Below, in pieces: positions 47,283-56,783 of a DNA stretch of 64,000 nt. The stretch covers positions 1,121-65,120 of the forward strand of contig CBDDRW010000099.1 of assembly GCA_965233175.1 (NCBI GenBank). The letters are read 5' to 3'. The translations under genes and the position numbers were made by a program. The notes under the pieces were generated by a model. The model had not been told where the DNA came from. It did not search any database and saw nothing but the letters and a program-made list of their open reading frames with translations. The stretch comes from an uncultured bacterium. GTDB taxonomy: Bacteria; Nitrospirota; Nitrospiria; Nitrospirales; Nitrospiraceae. Every line of letters starts with the position of its first letter. The first letter of the stretch is position 1.

Positions 47283-49949
47283 CTACGTTGTTTTCATCAC
47301 TGACACGGACGCTGTCCGAAAGGATGGAACTTTTGTATCGGGATCGACGACACAGTCAAAGAGCCGTAGGGCACCCTGCGCAAAATGATCGGGGAACCAT
47401 GCCAAACCCTCAGGCACACGGTCGAAGACTTTCACCGTGGTGGTGAATTCACCCCGGCTATTCGAGAGGCGGACTCGATCCCCCGTATTGAGACCAAACC
47501 GTGCCGCATCCACGGGACTCATTTGCAAGAATCCGCTCGATTCGACCTCCAACAATCCCTTCGAATAGGTCGAAAGCTTCCCTGAATGGAACAGGCTCTG
47601 GACCAGCCCAAGCTCGACGGTTCCCTCCTGACACACAGCTCGCGCTGGCAGAGTATACCGACTCGAAAGGTCCCGGCGATACCCATCGGTGACATACCGT
47701 CCGACAACCATAGGATTCACTGCGGGAGGGATCGGCGAGGGGCCGAGCGATCCGTAACCAGAAATCACGGCCCGGATCTCTTTGAGAATCTCTTTGCTCT
47801 CGCCGTATTCCAAGGGCACGCCGGTGAACACAGAGATAGCCGACAGGATTTCCCAGTCTGGCCGGCTGTCTCCAAGCGGATCGATCGCAGGCCGAACAGC
47901 CTGGACGTGGCCCTCCGTGTTCGTGAAGGTCCCGGCCTTCTCCATAGCGGGGGCGGCTGGGAGCACCACATGGGCAAGCGCGGCCGTTTCAGTAAGAAAC
48001 AGTTCCTGGCACACAAGAAGATCGAGTTTGCTCAGCGCCTCTTTGACTCCAGTCTGGGGCGGAAGGCTCCCGACAGGATTTTCTCCGATGACGAAGAGGC
48101 CCTTGATGAGCCCGGCTTGCGCACGATCGATCATCTCGATGAGTGTGGCCCCTGCAGCCGACGGAAGATCCTCTTTCCAGGCCCGAGTGAGCTGCGCGCG
48201 CGCATCCAGATCTGTGAGATCATGTGCACCCGGCAGCAGTGCGGCAACCGCGCCCATCTCAACCGCCCCTTGATCGTTATTCTCCTCCGCCAAGGGAGCA
48301 AAACCGCAACCCTGCGCGGTCAACTTCCCGGTCAGGAGAAGCAGATCCAGGAGATTGACACACATGCCGTAACCGCCTTGGCTACGGAGCAATGTCTGAC
48401 CGGCAAGCACGACAACTCGACGCCCTCCGGCCAGTGAGGCGGCCATCTGAGCAAACGATTCCCGCGGTGTCCCGGTGATCACAGCCAGATCGTCCCAGGC
48501 CAGTTGCTGGACAGCGTGCGAAACGGCTGAGACATAGTCCGATCCCCGCTGCTGGATTGTATTGTCGACGTGGCCGCCTTCAACCACTGCCTTCAGCAAG
48601 CCCAGGATCGCTGCGCCGAACTGCGACGGTGCCATACAAATGTGTTGTTGGGACAGGTTAGAAATGTTGCTGATCGTGCCGATCGCTGGTTGTATCGCCT
48701 CAATCGTCAACAGTGTCGCGCCCTGTTTCTTGACGGCTTCTTTTACTTTTAGCCCGGTAATCGGATTGGTTTCTGTAATGTTGGTACCGATGAGGAGAAG
48801 CACATCTGCTTGCACGATGTCCTCGAACGCCACAGTCCAGCGATGGGTGCCCTGCACCAATCGCATCGCCTGCACCCCATTGATATGGCCATATCGTGCG
48901 CTGCTGTCGAGATTATTCGTCCCGATGGTAAGGCGCATAAATTTCTGGAACAGATACAGTTCTTCATTGGTACAGCGGCCGGAAATCAGTCCGCCGAATG
49001 CCTGAGGCCCATGCGCGAGCTTGAGCCGTTTGGTCTGTTCGGCCACAAACTCCAGCACTTCTTCCCACGTGGCTTCGACCAGCGTACCGTTCCGCCTGAT
49101 CAACGGATGGGTCACTCGGTTGGGATGGCTCGTCGCACGAAATCCAAAAAATCCGCGCGCACACAAATCTCCGCTGTTCCGACCGGCGCCATGGGCGCTG
49201 TTCACCTCGATCAACTCCTGGTCCTTGGTTTGGACCGTGATTTGACACCCATCTCCACAAAAATTGCAGACGGTGTCGGCGCGTTTGAGCATCCAGGGGC
49301 GATATTCGTACATCGAGAGCCGACTGACGATAGCGCCGACTGGACAAATCTGCACGCAGCCGCCGCAGAATTCGCAGTCCAGGGGATGGGAACCGAATGA
49401 CTTGATCTCAGTCATCGTACCTCGTCCGACCGGGGCGAGGGCCTTGACGTCCATGACCTCGTCGCAATAACGGACACAACGCAAACATTGCACGCACCGG
49501 TTCATCTGCGTTTCGATGAGAGGGCTGAAATACTCTTTCTGGAAAATGCGCTTGGTTTCCTCAAACCGGCTGGTCGCGGTGTACTGATGGGAGAAGTCCT
49601 GAAGGTCGCACTTCCCACCCTGATCGCAGACCGGACAATCCAACGGATGATTGGCCAGGATGAATTCGAGCACCGATTTGTGAGCGTTGTGCACGACCGT
49701 CGTGGCAGTCCGAACAGCCATGCCTTCGGTCGCCACGGTGCTGCAAGAGGTCTGGAGTTTCGGCATCCGTTCGACTTCGACCAGGCACATGCGACAGTTC
49801 GCATCCGGCTTGAGTTTCGGATGGTAGCAGAAATGCGGAACCATCACGCCGACTCGGCGAGCGGCTTCGATCACCAGGGTGCCTTTCGGCACCGAGACGG
49901 ATATGCCATCGATCGTTAAGCGGACGGTTTCTGTCGTAGCATTAACCAT
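47283..49949 (-). CDS. nuoG: NADH-quinone oxidoreductase subunit G
   Basis: N-terminal 2Fe-2S and 4Fe-4S Cys motifs plus a molybdopterin-oxidoreductase-like domain; 888 aa. Confidence 0.93.
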   Translation of the reverse strand: MVNATTETVRLTIDGISVSVPKGTLVIEAARRVGVMVPHFCYHPKLKPDANCRMCLVEVERMPKLQTSCSTVATEGMAVRTATTVVHNAHKSVLEFILANHPLDCPVCDQGGKCDLQDFSHQYTATSRFEETKRIFQKEYFSPLIETQMNRCVQCLRCVRYCDEVMDVKALAPVGRGTMTEIKSFGSHPLDCEFCGGCVQICPVGAIVSRLSMYEYRPWMLKRADTVCNFCGDGCQITVQTKDQELIEVNSAHGAGRNSGDLCARGFFGFRATSHPNRVTHPLIRRNGTLVEATWEEVLEFVAEQTKRLKLAHGPQAFGGLISGRCTNEELYLFQKFMRLTIGTNNLDSSARYGHINGVQAMRLVQGTHRWTVAFEDIVQADVLLLIGTNITETNPITGLKVKEAVKKQGATLLTIEAIQPAIGTISNISNLSQQHICMAPSQFGAAILGLLKAVVEGGHVDNTIQQRGSDYVSAVSHAVQQLAWDDLAVITGTPRESFAQMAASLAGGRRVVVLAGQTLLRSQGGYGMCVNLLDLLLLTGKLTAQGCGFAPLAEENNDQGAVEMGAVAALLPGAHDLTDLDARAQLTRAWKEDLPSAAGATLIEMIDRAQAGLIKGLFVIGENPVGSLPPQTGVKEALSKLDLLVCQELFLTETAALAHVVLPAAPAMEKAGTFTNTEGHVQAVRPAIDPLGDSRPDWEILSAISVFTGVPLEYGESKEILKEIRAVISGYGSLGPSPIPPAVNPMVVGRYVTDGYRRDLSSRYTLPARAVCQEGTVELGLVQSLFHSGKLSTYSKGLLEVESSGFLQMSPVDAARFGLNTGDRVRLSNSRGEFTTTVKVFDRVPEGLAWFPDHFAQGALRLFDCVVDPDTKVPSFRTASVSVMKTT

Positions 49950-49961
49950 GGTTCTGTTGAC

Positions 49962-51266
49962 TCAATGTCTTCCTGCTGGCTCCAGCTTGATCAGGTTCGC
50001 GGCCTCCGCTTCCTGAATCAGCGCGACATATTCAGCCCGCCAATGTTTGAGCGTGCCCATAATCGGTGCTACTGACGCATCGCCGAACGCGCAAACCGTT
50101 CGGCCCTCGATGTTCTTGCATAGATCGACCAAGGTTTCAAGGTCCTCCATCCGCCCCCGCTTCGCGACGATTCGGCGCATCGTTTGTACCAACCATGAGC
50201 TTCCTTCGCGACAGGGGCTGCACTTGCCGCAGGACTCATGATAGAAAAACTCCATGAGCCGGAGCGCGGCCCACACCATATCGGTACCCTCTTCCATCAC
50301 GGTCACCCCGCCGGAACCGAGCATGGAGCCGGCTGCGGCGACAGACTCAAAATCGAGCTTGACGTCGAGATGGTTTGGCGTGAGGAATGGCGCCGACGCT
50401 CCTCCCGGGATGAAGGCCTTGAGTGGTTTCTCGGAACGCATCCCTCCAGCTTGCTCGTAAATCAACTCACGGAAGGTGACCCCCATCGGCACTTCATAGT
50501 TCCCAGGCCGTTTCACATGGCCGCTGACACAAAACACTCTGGTACCGGTGCTCTTCGGTGGGGAACCGATCGATGCGAACCATTCGGGTCCCCGGCCGAC
50601 GATGTGAGGAAGGTTGGCCAGGGTCTCGATGTTGTTCACCACGGTCGGTTTGTTATAGAGACCGTGTGTCGCCGGAAAGGGAGGCTTGACGCGAGGCAAG
50701 CCGCGCTTGCCTTCGAGTGACTCCAACAGGGCCGTTTCTTCTCCGCAGATATAGGCGCCGGCGCCCCGGTGCACCCACACATTGGCGGTGATGCCTGTGC
50801 CCAGGATATTCGTACCTATGTAGCCGGCGGTCCGCGCTTCGGCAATCGCCTGCTCCAAGATCTTGGCCCCGAGGACAAACTCGCCCCGTATATAAATGTA
50901 GGCGGTTTCTGCCCCGATCGCATAGCAGGCGAGTACGATACCCTCCAAGATCTGATGGGGATCTCGCTCGATGAGCTGGCGATCCTTGAACGTGCCCGGT
51001 TCGCTCTCGTCCGCGTTGCAACAGAGATAGCGCGGGCCCTGATAGCCTTTCGGCAGGAATCCCCATTTCACACCGGTGGGAAAACCTGCGCCGCCGCGCC
51101 CCCGAAGCCCTGATTTCATGACCATGGCAGTGACTTCAGCCGGTGGCACCTTCCCGACAATCTTGCGGAGCGCTTGATAGCCGCCCGCGCGTTCGTACTC
51201 TTGGAGCGACCCGGTATAGCCAGGCTGCATCATGTTCTTGAGCAATATCAGTTCGTGCTTGGGCAT
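49962..51266 (-). CDS. nuoF: NADH-quinone oxidoreductase subunit F
   Basis: GLRGRGGAGFPTGVKW (FMN/NADH site); ESCGKCSPCREG (N3 cluster). Confidence 0.95.
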   Translation of the reverse strand: MPKHELILLKNMMQPGYTGSLQEYERAGGYQALRKIVGKVPPAEVTAMVMKSGLRGRGGAGFPTGVKWGFLPKGYQGPRYLCCNADESEPGTFKDRQLIERDPHQILEGIVLACYAIGAETAYIYIRGEFVLGAKILEQAIAEARTAGYIGTNILGTGITANVWVHRGAGAYICGEETALLESLEGKRGLPRVKPPFPATHGLYNKPTVVNNIETLANLPHIVGRGPEWFASIGSPPKSTGTRVFCVSGHVKRPGNYEVPMGVTFRELIYEQAGGMRSEKPLKAFIPGGASAPFLTPNHLDVKLDFESVAAAGSMLGSGGVTVMEEGTDMVWAALRLMEFFYHESCGKCSPCREGSSWLVQTMRRIVAKRGRMEDLETLVDLCKNIEGRTVCAFGDASVAPIMGTLKHWRAEYVALIQEAEAANLIKLEPAGRH

Positions 51267-51339
51267 AAATTCAGCGTGAAACGTAAAAAGTGAAAGGTGA
51301 AAGGCTGTCAGAGCTCCGTATTCCAGTACATCCCACGTT

Positions 51340-51876
51340 TTACATCCCCGGCTTTGCCTGGGCCGGTTCAGGCCACATAAACGGACCTGTCTTGAGTGAG
51401 CAGGTCCCGTTTTCTTTGAGATCGGCTAGGATTCGGTCGAATGTTTGCTCTGTGAGCCGTTCATAATAGTCATCGTTGACCTGCATCATCGGCGCAGTGC
51501 CACAGGCAGCAAGGCATTCGACCGCGCTGAGGCTAAAGAGTCCGTCAGCCGTCGTCTCGCCCGGCCCGATGCCGAGTTTCGTCTTGACCCACCCGATCAC
51601 GGTATCCGACCCAGCCAGCGCGCACATCAGGGACTTGCAAACTTGAAGATGAAATTTCCCCACGCGCTTGAGATTGAGCATCGTATAAAACGTGGCCGTC
51701 TCATAGACTTGGGGCGGGGTCAAACGCAAGAGACCCGCGATCTCCTTCATCGCCGCCTCGGAAATGAAGCCCTCATCCCGCTGCGCCAAGTACAGCAAGG
51801 GAATCAACGCCGACCGCTTCACCGGATAGCGGCTTATGATTTCCTCAATTTCCGTTGCGTATTTCTCTTTCAACAT
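51340..51876 (-). CDS. nuoE: NADH-quinone oxidoreductase subunit E
   Basis: 2Fe-2S motif C...C...CLAACG. Confidence 0.92.
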   Translation of the reverse strand: MLKEKYATEIEEIISRYPVKRSALIPLLYLAQRDEGFISEAAMKEIAGLLRLTPPQVYETATFYTMLNLKRVGKFHLQVCKSLMCALAGSDTVIGWVKTKLGIGPGETTADGLFSLSAVECLAACGTAPMMQVNDDYYERLTEQTFDRILADLKENGTCSLKTGPFMWPEPAQAKPGM

Positions 51877-51973
51877 TGAGTCCTCTTCTCCGACCCCTCG
51901 TGAGACGTAAGGGGTGAGGCGTAAGGGGTGCGACCTTTTCTCTCGCCTGACGCCTTACGTTTCACACCTAACG

Positions 51974-53725
51974 TCATCTGTCACATTCCCCCATTACGAC
52001 ATCGTAGGTCCCGAAGATCGTGATGATGTCGGAAATCAGGTAGCCCCGTGCCATGTGGTCGAAAGCGCCCATATGGACGAACGACGGCGCGCGAATCTTC
52101 AGTCGGTAGGGGCGAGGGCTGCCGTCGCTGACGATAAAGAATCCCAACTCGCCCTTCGGGGCCTCCGTCGCACAGTAGGTTTCGGCCTTCGGTGGCTTGA
52201 TACCCTGGGTGTAAATGATGAAATGGTGGATCAGGCTTTCCATGTCCCGCATGACCAGTTCCTTGGGCGGCGGGATATATTGCGGCGCTTCGGCCATAAT
52301 CGGCCCCGCCGGCAGCTGATCGAGGCATTGTGCGATGATCCTGGCGCTCTGACGCATTTCTTCCATGCGGATCCAATACCGGTCGTAGGTGTCCCCGTTC
52401 TTGCCGATCGGCACTTCCCAATCGACTTTGTCGTACACGCCGTACGGCTCAACCTTGCGGACATCGTAGGCGACACCCGACCCTCGCAAGACCGGACCGG
52501 TGCAGCCGAAACTGATGGCGTCCTCGGCCGAGAGCACGGCGATATTCTTTGTACGGCCGAGCCAGATGCGGTTCGACGCTATGAGCGAATCGTATTCCTT
52601 GACCTTTTCCGGAAAGGTCTCGAGGAAGGCCTTCATCCGTTGAACCAGCTCAGGGGTAAAATCGCTATCGACACCGCCGATGCGATAGTAGTTCAGGGTC
52701 AGCCGGGCCCCGCAGAGCTTTTCGAACATGTCCAATAGTGTTTCACGCTCCCGAAAGGTCCAAAAAAACACGGTCATGGCCCCGATATCGAGGGCCTGCG
52801 TACCGAGCCAAAAGAGGTGTCCGATGATGCGTTGCATCTCAGCCACGAGGGTCCGGATATATTCAGCCCGGATCGGCACCTCGATCTCGAGGAGTTTTTC
52901 CACCGCACGCACGTAGGCGTAGTTGTTGGACATCGCGCAGACATAGTCGAGCCGGTCCGTGTGAGGGATGATCTGCATGTAGGTCAGGCCCTCGCACAAT
53001 TTTTCGACACCCCGGTGTAGATAGCCGAGGTCCGGTGTCGCCTTCACAACCCGTTCGCCGTCCAGCATGAGCACGACACGCAACACGCCATGGGTGCTCG
53101 GATGTTGCGGGCCCATGTTCAGCAGCAACTCCTCTTTCCGCTGAGAAATGGGTACGTCAGGCTCAGCGCGAAAGACGCTTTTCTGCTCTTCGGAGAATTC
53201 GCTCTCGATGACATTGACCGAGGCTTCGTCAAGTCTGGGAATAAACTCGAATTTGCTGCGCCAGCCACGCCCTTCGGTCGGAAAGTCTTTTCTCAAGGGG
53301 TACCCTTCGTCATAATCCTCCGGCATCAAAATACGTCGGAGATCGGGGTGGCCGGAAAAGCGAATGCCCATCATGTCGTACACTTCGCGCTCCAGGAACT
53401 CAGCTCCCTTCCAGACTCCAGTGACCGACGCAATCGTCGGGTCGTCTTCCGTAAGGCGCGCCTTGAGGCGCAAGCGCTGCCGAAGAGGAAGCGAGTGCAA
53501 ATGGTAGACGACTTCGAACCGCATCTGATCTTCTGGATAATCGACCGAACAGATATCCGTCAGATGGTCGAAGGCCGCCTCCGGCGCATCATGCAAATAG
53601 CGCGCAATCTCTGAAAGATGCGCAGCCGCCACGGAGACAGCGGTCTCGGCACGTGCGGCATCCGTACGGGTCGCGAGGATCGCATCTGGAAATTTCGCCT
53701 TCAGACTGTCGAGCAGAGCTTGCAT
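51974..53725 (-). CDS. nuoCD: Fused NADH-quinone oxidoreductase subunits C and D
   Basis: NuoC-like aa 1-165 (EREVYDMMGIRFSGHPD) and NuoD-like aa 200-583 (NMGPQHPSTHGVLR...LHRGVEKL...GECDR) lie in one ORF. Confidence 0.93.
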   Translation of the reverse strand: MQALLDSLKAKFPDAILATRTDAARAETAVSVAAAHLSEIARYLHDAPEAAFDHLTDICSVDYPEDQMRFEVVYHLHSLPLRQRLRLKARLTEDDPTIASVTGVWKGAEFLEREVYDMMGIRFSGHPDLRRILMPEDYDEGYPLRKDFPTEGRGWRSKFEFIPRLDEASVNVIESEFSEEQKSVFRAEPDVPISQRKEELLLNMGPQHPSTHGVLRVVLMLDGERVVKATPDLGYLHRGVEKLCEGLTYMQIIPHTDRLDYVCAMSNNYAYVRAVEKLLEIEVPIRAEYIRTLVAEMQRIIGHLFWLGTQALDIGAMTVFFWTFRERETLLDMFEKLCGARLTLNYYRIGGVDSDFTPELVQRMKAFLETFPEKVKEYDSLIASNRIWLGRTKNIAVLSAEDAISFGCTGPVLRGSGVAYDVRKVEPYGVYDKVDWEVPIGKNGDTYDRYWIRMEEMRQSARIIAQCLDQLPAGPIMAEAPQYIPPPKELVMRDMESLIHHFIIYTQGIKPPKAETYCATEAPKGELGFFIVSDGSPRPYRLKIRAPSFVHMGAFDHMARGYLISDIITIFGTYDVVMGECDR

Positions 53726-53828
53726 AATCGCCGTTACACGTCAGACGTAACATGTGAAACGTGAGAGTTGTGAGAACCGTGCGATTGTGCCGTCCCCCAC
53801 ACCTCACTTCTCTTTCGAATCTTCTGGC

Positions 53829-54308
53829 TCATCGCACGAATACTTTCTCTCGCTGGATCTTTTCTTGTAGTTTGAGCAATCCATCGAGCAACGCTTCCGG
53901 GCGGGGTGGACAGCCCGGCACATAGACGTCAACCGGAATAATCTGGTCCACACCCTGAACCACGGCGTAACTGTTGTAGTGATTGCCTGAGGTGGCGCAG
54001 GAACCCATAGAAATGACGTACCGCGGTTCCGGCATCTGATCGTAGATGCGGCGGATCACCGGCGCCATCTTGCGTGTCACCGTCCCGGCGATGATCATGA
54101 GATCGGCCTGTCGTGGGGACGCTCGAAAGACACCGGCGCCGAAACGATCCAGGTCGTACCGCGACGAGACCGTGGCAATCATCTCGATCGCGCAGCAAGC
54201 GAGGCCGAACGTCATGGGCCATAAGGCTGACTTCCGAGACCAATTTACGACTGCGTCCAGATTGGTCGTCAGGATATTCGCCTCAAACTGTCTCTCCAGA
54301 AAGCTCAT
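53829..54308 (-). CDS. nuoB: NADH-quinone oxidoreductase subunit B
   Basis: GLACCAIEM and GCPPRPEAL (N2 cluster ligands). Confidence 0.95.
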   Translation of the reverse strand: MSFLERQFEANILTTNLDAVVNWSRKSALWPMTFGLACCAIEMIATVSSRYDLDRFGAGVFRASPRQADLMIIAGTVTRKMAPVIRRIYDQMPEPRYVISMGSCATSGNHYNSYAVVQGVDQIIPVDVYVPGCPPRPEALLDGLLKLQEKIQREKVFVR

Positions 54309-54480
54309 CTCTTCTACTCCACCAATAACTGGAAGGGGATCGTCGGGATGCCGTTCACTGCGCGCGTCGAACGAGGGCCTCTGGCCGTTCTCACCCGCCC
54401 GGCTTCGCGGCGCCTAGACGCCGCGTTCCCAATTGGCCGCGCGTTCCGCGAGCACGAAGGGCGTCCCGATGATCGCCTGC

Positions 54481-54852
54481 TCAATCCCATTCGAGCGCCC
54501 CCTTCTTCCAGGCGTACCAAAATCCGGCCAGGAGGATGATGATGAACACGAGCATCTCGATGAGGCCCAGCAGGCCGAGCGACTGAAACCGAATGGCCCA
54601 GGGGATCATGAAGATGACCTCGATATCGAACACAACGAACAGCATCGCGATGATGTAGTAGCGCATGGGAAACTGGATACGCGCATCGGAAAACAGCGGG
54701 CTTCCGCTTTCATAAGGAGTCAGTTTGGCTCGATAGGGGCGATTCGGCCGGACGAGCCTACCGCCGAGCAGTGCGAAAGCGCCGAAGGTCAGACCTACGA
54801 CAATAAACAAGAGAATGGGTATATAATTCTCAGGAATGCTCGTGCTATCCAT
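54481..54852 (-). CDS. nuoA: NADH-quinone oxidoreductase subunit A
   Basis: 123 aa, 3 TM; PYESG and RFQ motifs. Confidence 0.9.
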   Translation of the reverse strand: MDSTSIPENYIPILLFIVVGLTFGAFALLGGRLVRPNRPYRAKLTPYESGSPLFSDARIQFPMRYYIIAMLFVVFDIEVIFMIPWAIRFQSLGLLGLIEMLVFIIILLAGFWYAWKKGALEWD

Positions 54853-54911
54853 GCGAGCTCCGAGAAGCGTGATCTGGCCGATACAAGATCATGGTGTTGT
54901 CCTTACAGAGG

Positions 54912-56096
54912 TCATGCTGCGGAACAGCCTGCCAGCGCCGAACCGAAGAAGGGCTTGAATTTCAAGCCGTCAAGTTCCGGACGACTGATGCCCTTGTGTT
55001 GAACGAGCACCTTAAACGTGCTGCCCATGCCATTTGGCTTGAGGAGATGAATCGCGGCGCGAAACTCAGGACTATCCGGCTCCAATTTCTCGATCATCTT
55101 TTCAACCCCAAGTCCCATCAGAAAACTCATTTGGTTCGTAAATCCCGTCACCTGAAGTCCAAAGGCTTCACCCGCAACAGCCAGACTCGTAAAATCTACG
55201 TGCGCGGTCATATCCTGCTGGCCGACACGAATATATGGATCATCGTTCGCCTGTTGCCTGAAATAGCAGAGGAACGTGCCGTCCTTCCGGTCAGACCCAT
55301 AGAGATCCTGGGCTGTATGGCCATAATCGACGGTCAAGACAAATCCACGATCCATCCGCTGACCCACCTGCTCCATCCAGTCCATTGCGAGGAGATTGAC
55401 TTCGGTTCTGTAGCCTTCCGGCCACACAGTATTGAGATGCTGGAGATAGTGAGCAATCGCGGCCGAAGACAAGGGTTTGACGCATTCCACAAAGCGTCCG
55501 TCTCGGTAATCTACAAAGAGTTCTTCAGTCCGTCCGTCCTTGACTTGAACCCGGTGCACCGGAAAGGCATCGATCAACTCATTGCTGAAGAACAGACCGG
55601 TTACGCTCTGCGGGGCCAGTCGATCGAGACCGTCCATCCAAGTGACAAGACCAGGCGTGCTGGACCAGGAGGCTAAGTTCTGACGCTGTAGTTCCCGCAT
55701 CACTGGGCTCCGTTCGATCAGGACATAATGGACGCGCGAGGAGAAATCATCCTGATCAGCATGGATCGCCGCGAGGCAATCGCGAGCTAACAAGCCTTTA
55801 CCGCCACCGATTTCAACAATCGTGAACGGAGCGGGACAACCCAATACTTCGTCCATTTGTCTGGCTTGCCCCGCAATCGCACGGCCAAGAATCGGATGCA
55901 CGTCGGAGCTGGTGTAGAAATCGCCGGACCAGCCGATACGCTCGTGGTCCAGATCGTCCGATCGGCGCATGTAATAGCCGTATTGAGGGTGATAGAGTGC
56001 CAGCTCCATGAAGCGGGCAAAGGGAATCGGTCCGTTTCTGGTGATTTCTAATGAAATGGCAGCAACAAGTTCAGGATACCCGGTTGTCACAACCAA
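54912..56096 (-). CDS. SAM-dependent methyltransferase, DUF185 / MidA / NDUFAF7 family
   Basis: PFARFMELALYHPQYGYYM N-terminal signature; SAM motif IVEIGGGKGLLARD. Immediately upstream of nuoA on the same strand. Confidence 0.8.
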   Translation of the reverse strand: MVVTTGYPELVAAISLEITRNGPIPFARFMELALYHPQYGYYMRRSDDLDHERIGWSGDFYTSSDVHPILGRAIAGQARQMDEVLGCPAPFTIVEIGGGKGLLARDCLAAIHADQDDFSSRVHYVLIERSPVMRELQRQNLASWSSTPGLVTWMDGLDRLAPQSVTGLFFSNELIDAFPVHRVQVKDGRTEELFVDYRDGRFVECVKPLSSAAIAHYLQHLNTVWPEGYRTEVNLLAMDWMEQVGQRMDRGFVLTVDYGHTAQDLYGSDRKDGTFLCYFRQQANDDPYIRVGQQDMTAHVDFTSLAVAGEAFGLQVTGFTNQMSFLMGLGVEKMIEKLEPDSPEFRAAIHLLKPNGMGSTFKVLVQHKGISRPELDGLKFKPFFGSALAGCSAA

Positions 56097-56783
56097 CTCC
56101 TCTTAATTTCCTTCTCTGGATACCCTCACGGCTTCTGGCAATAAGCTCCATCCCATCGACAACACACGAGAAGTGACACCAATAGCCGAGGAGACACCCC
56201 ACCCCTCCCTCTCGAAGGGTCAACACAGGGCTAAAACTGGCTTAGATTAGCCTTGAGCTTGCGAGTAAGTCAAGGCGGAGGGTATTGGAATCTCAGGCGA
56301 ATCTCTCGGTTCGTGTGAGAAGAACACTCCAGGAAAATATTCGCGATGCAAGGAACGGAATGACACCACCCTGACGTAAGGCAGGGGCCCTGACGTCAGG
56401 CGTTATGGCTTGCCGAGGTCGCCGCCCATGGATATCCGAATCAGGTGTCATGGATCAAGAAACCCGGCAAGCCCCTATCGTGAAATAGGGATATTTAGTA
56501 TAATACTTATCTGCCATCTACCCAAGGGAAAATCCGTTCTCTGGGCGGTGCATCCATGGTCGTGCAATCTCTTCGATCTCGTCCGCTTACCCTCACAATG
56601 TCAGCCGCTGAGCTACATGGGATGAAGGCGCCCTCTGTTTAGATTTGCACGCCCGAGAGAATGCCAATAGATCTGAATTGAAGAATGTCGCTATTGCGCG
56701 GAGACGACGGGTTTACATAGATCTTCAGCCGATGCTATATCGCGTACGACCGGAGCAGCAAGGCGATCCGCATCATTGATGCG

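Noticed and set aside
51974-53725. nuoC-nuoD fusion as a novelty
   Set aside because: Fused NuoCD is well known, for example in E. coli and other Proteobacteria. It is recorded as a feature only.
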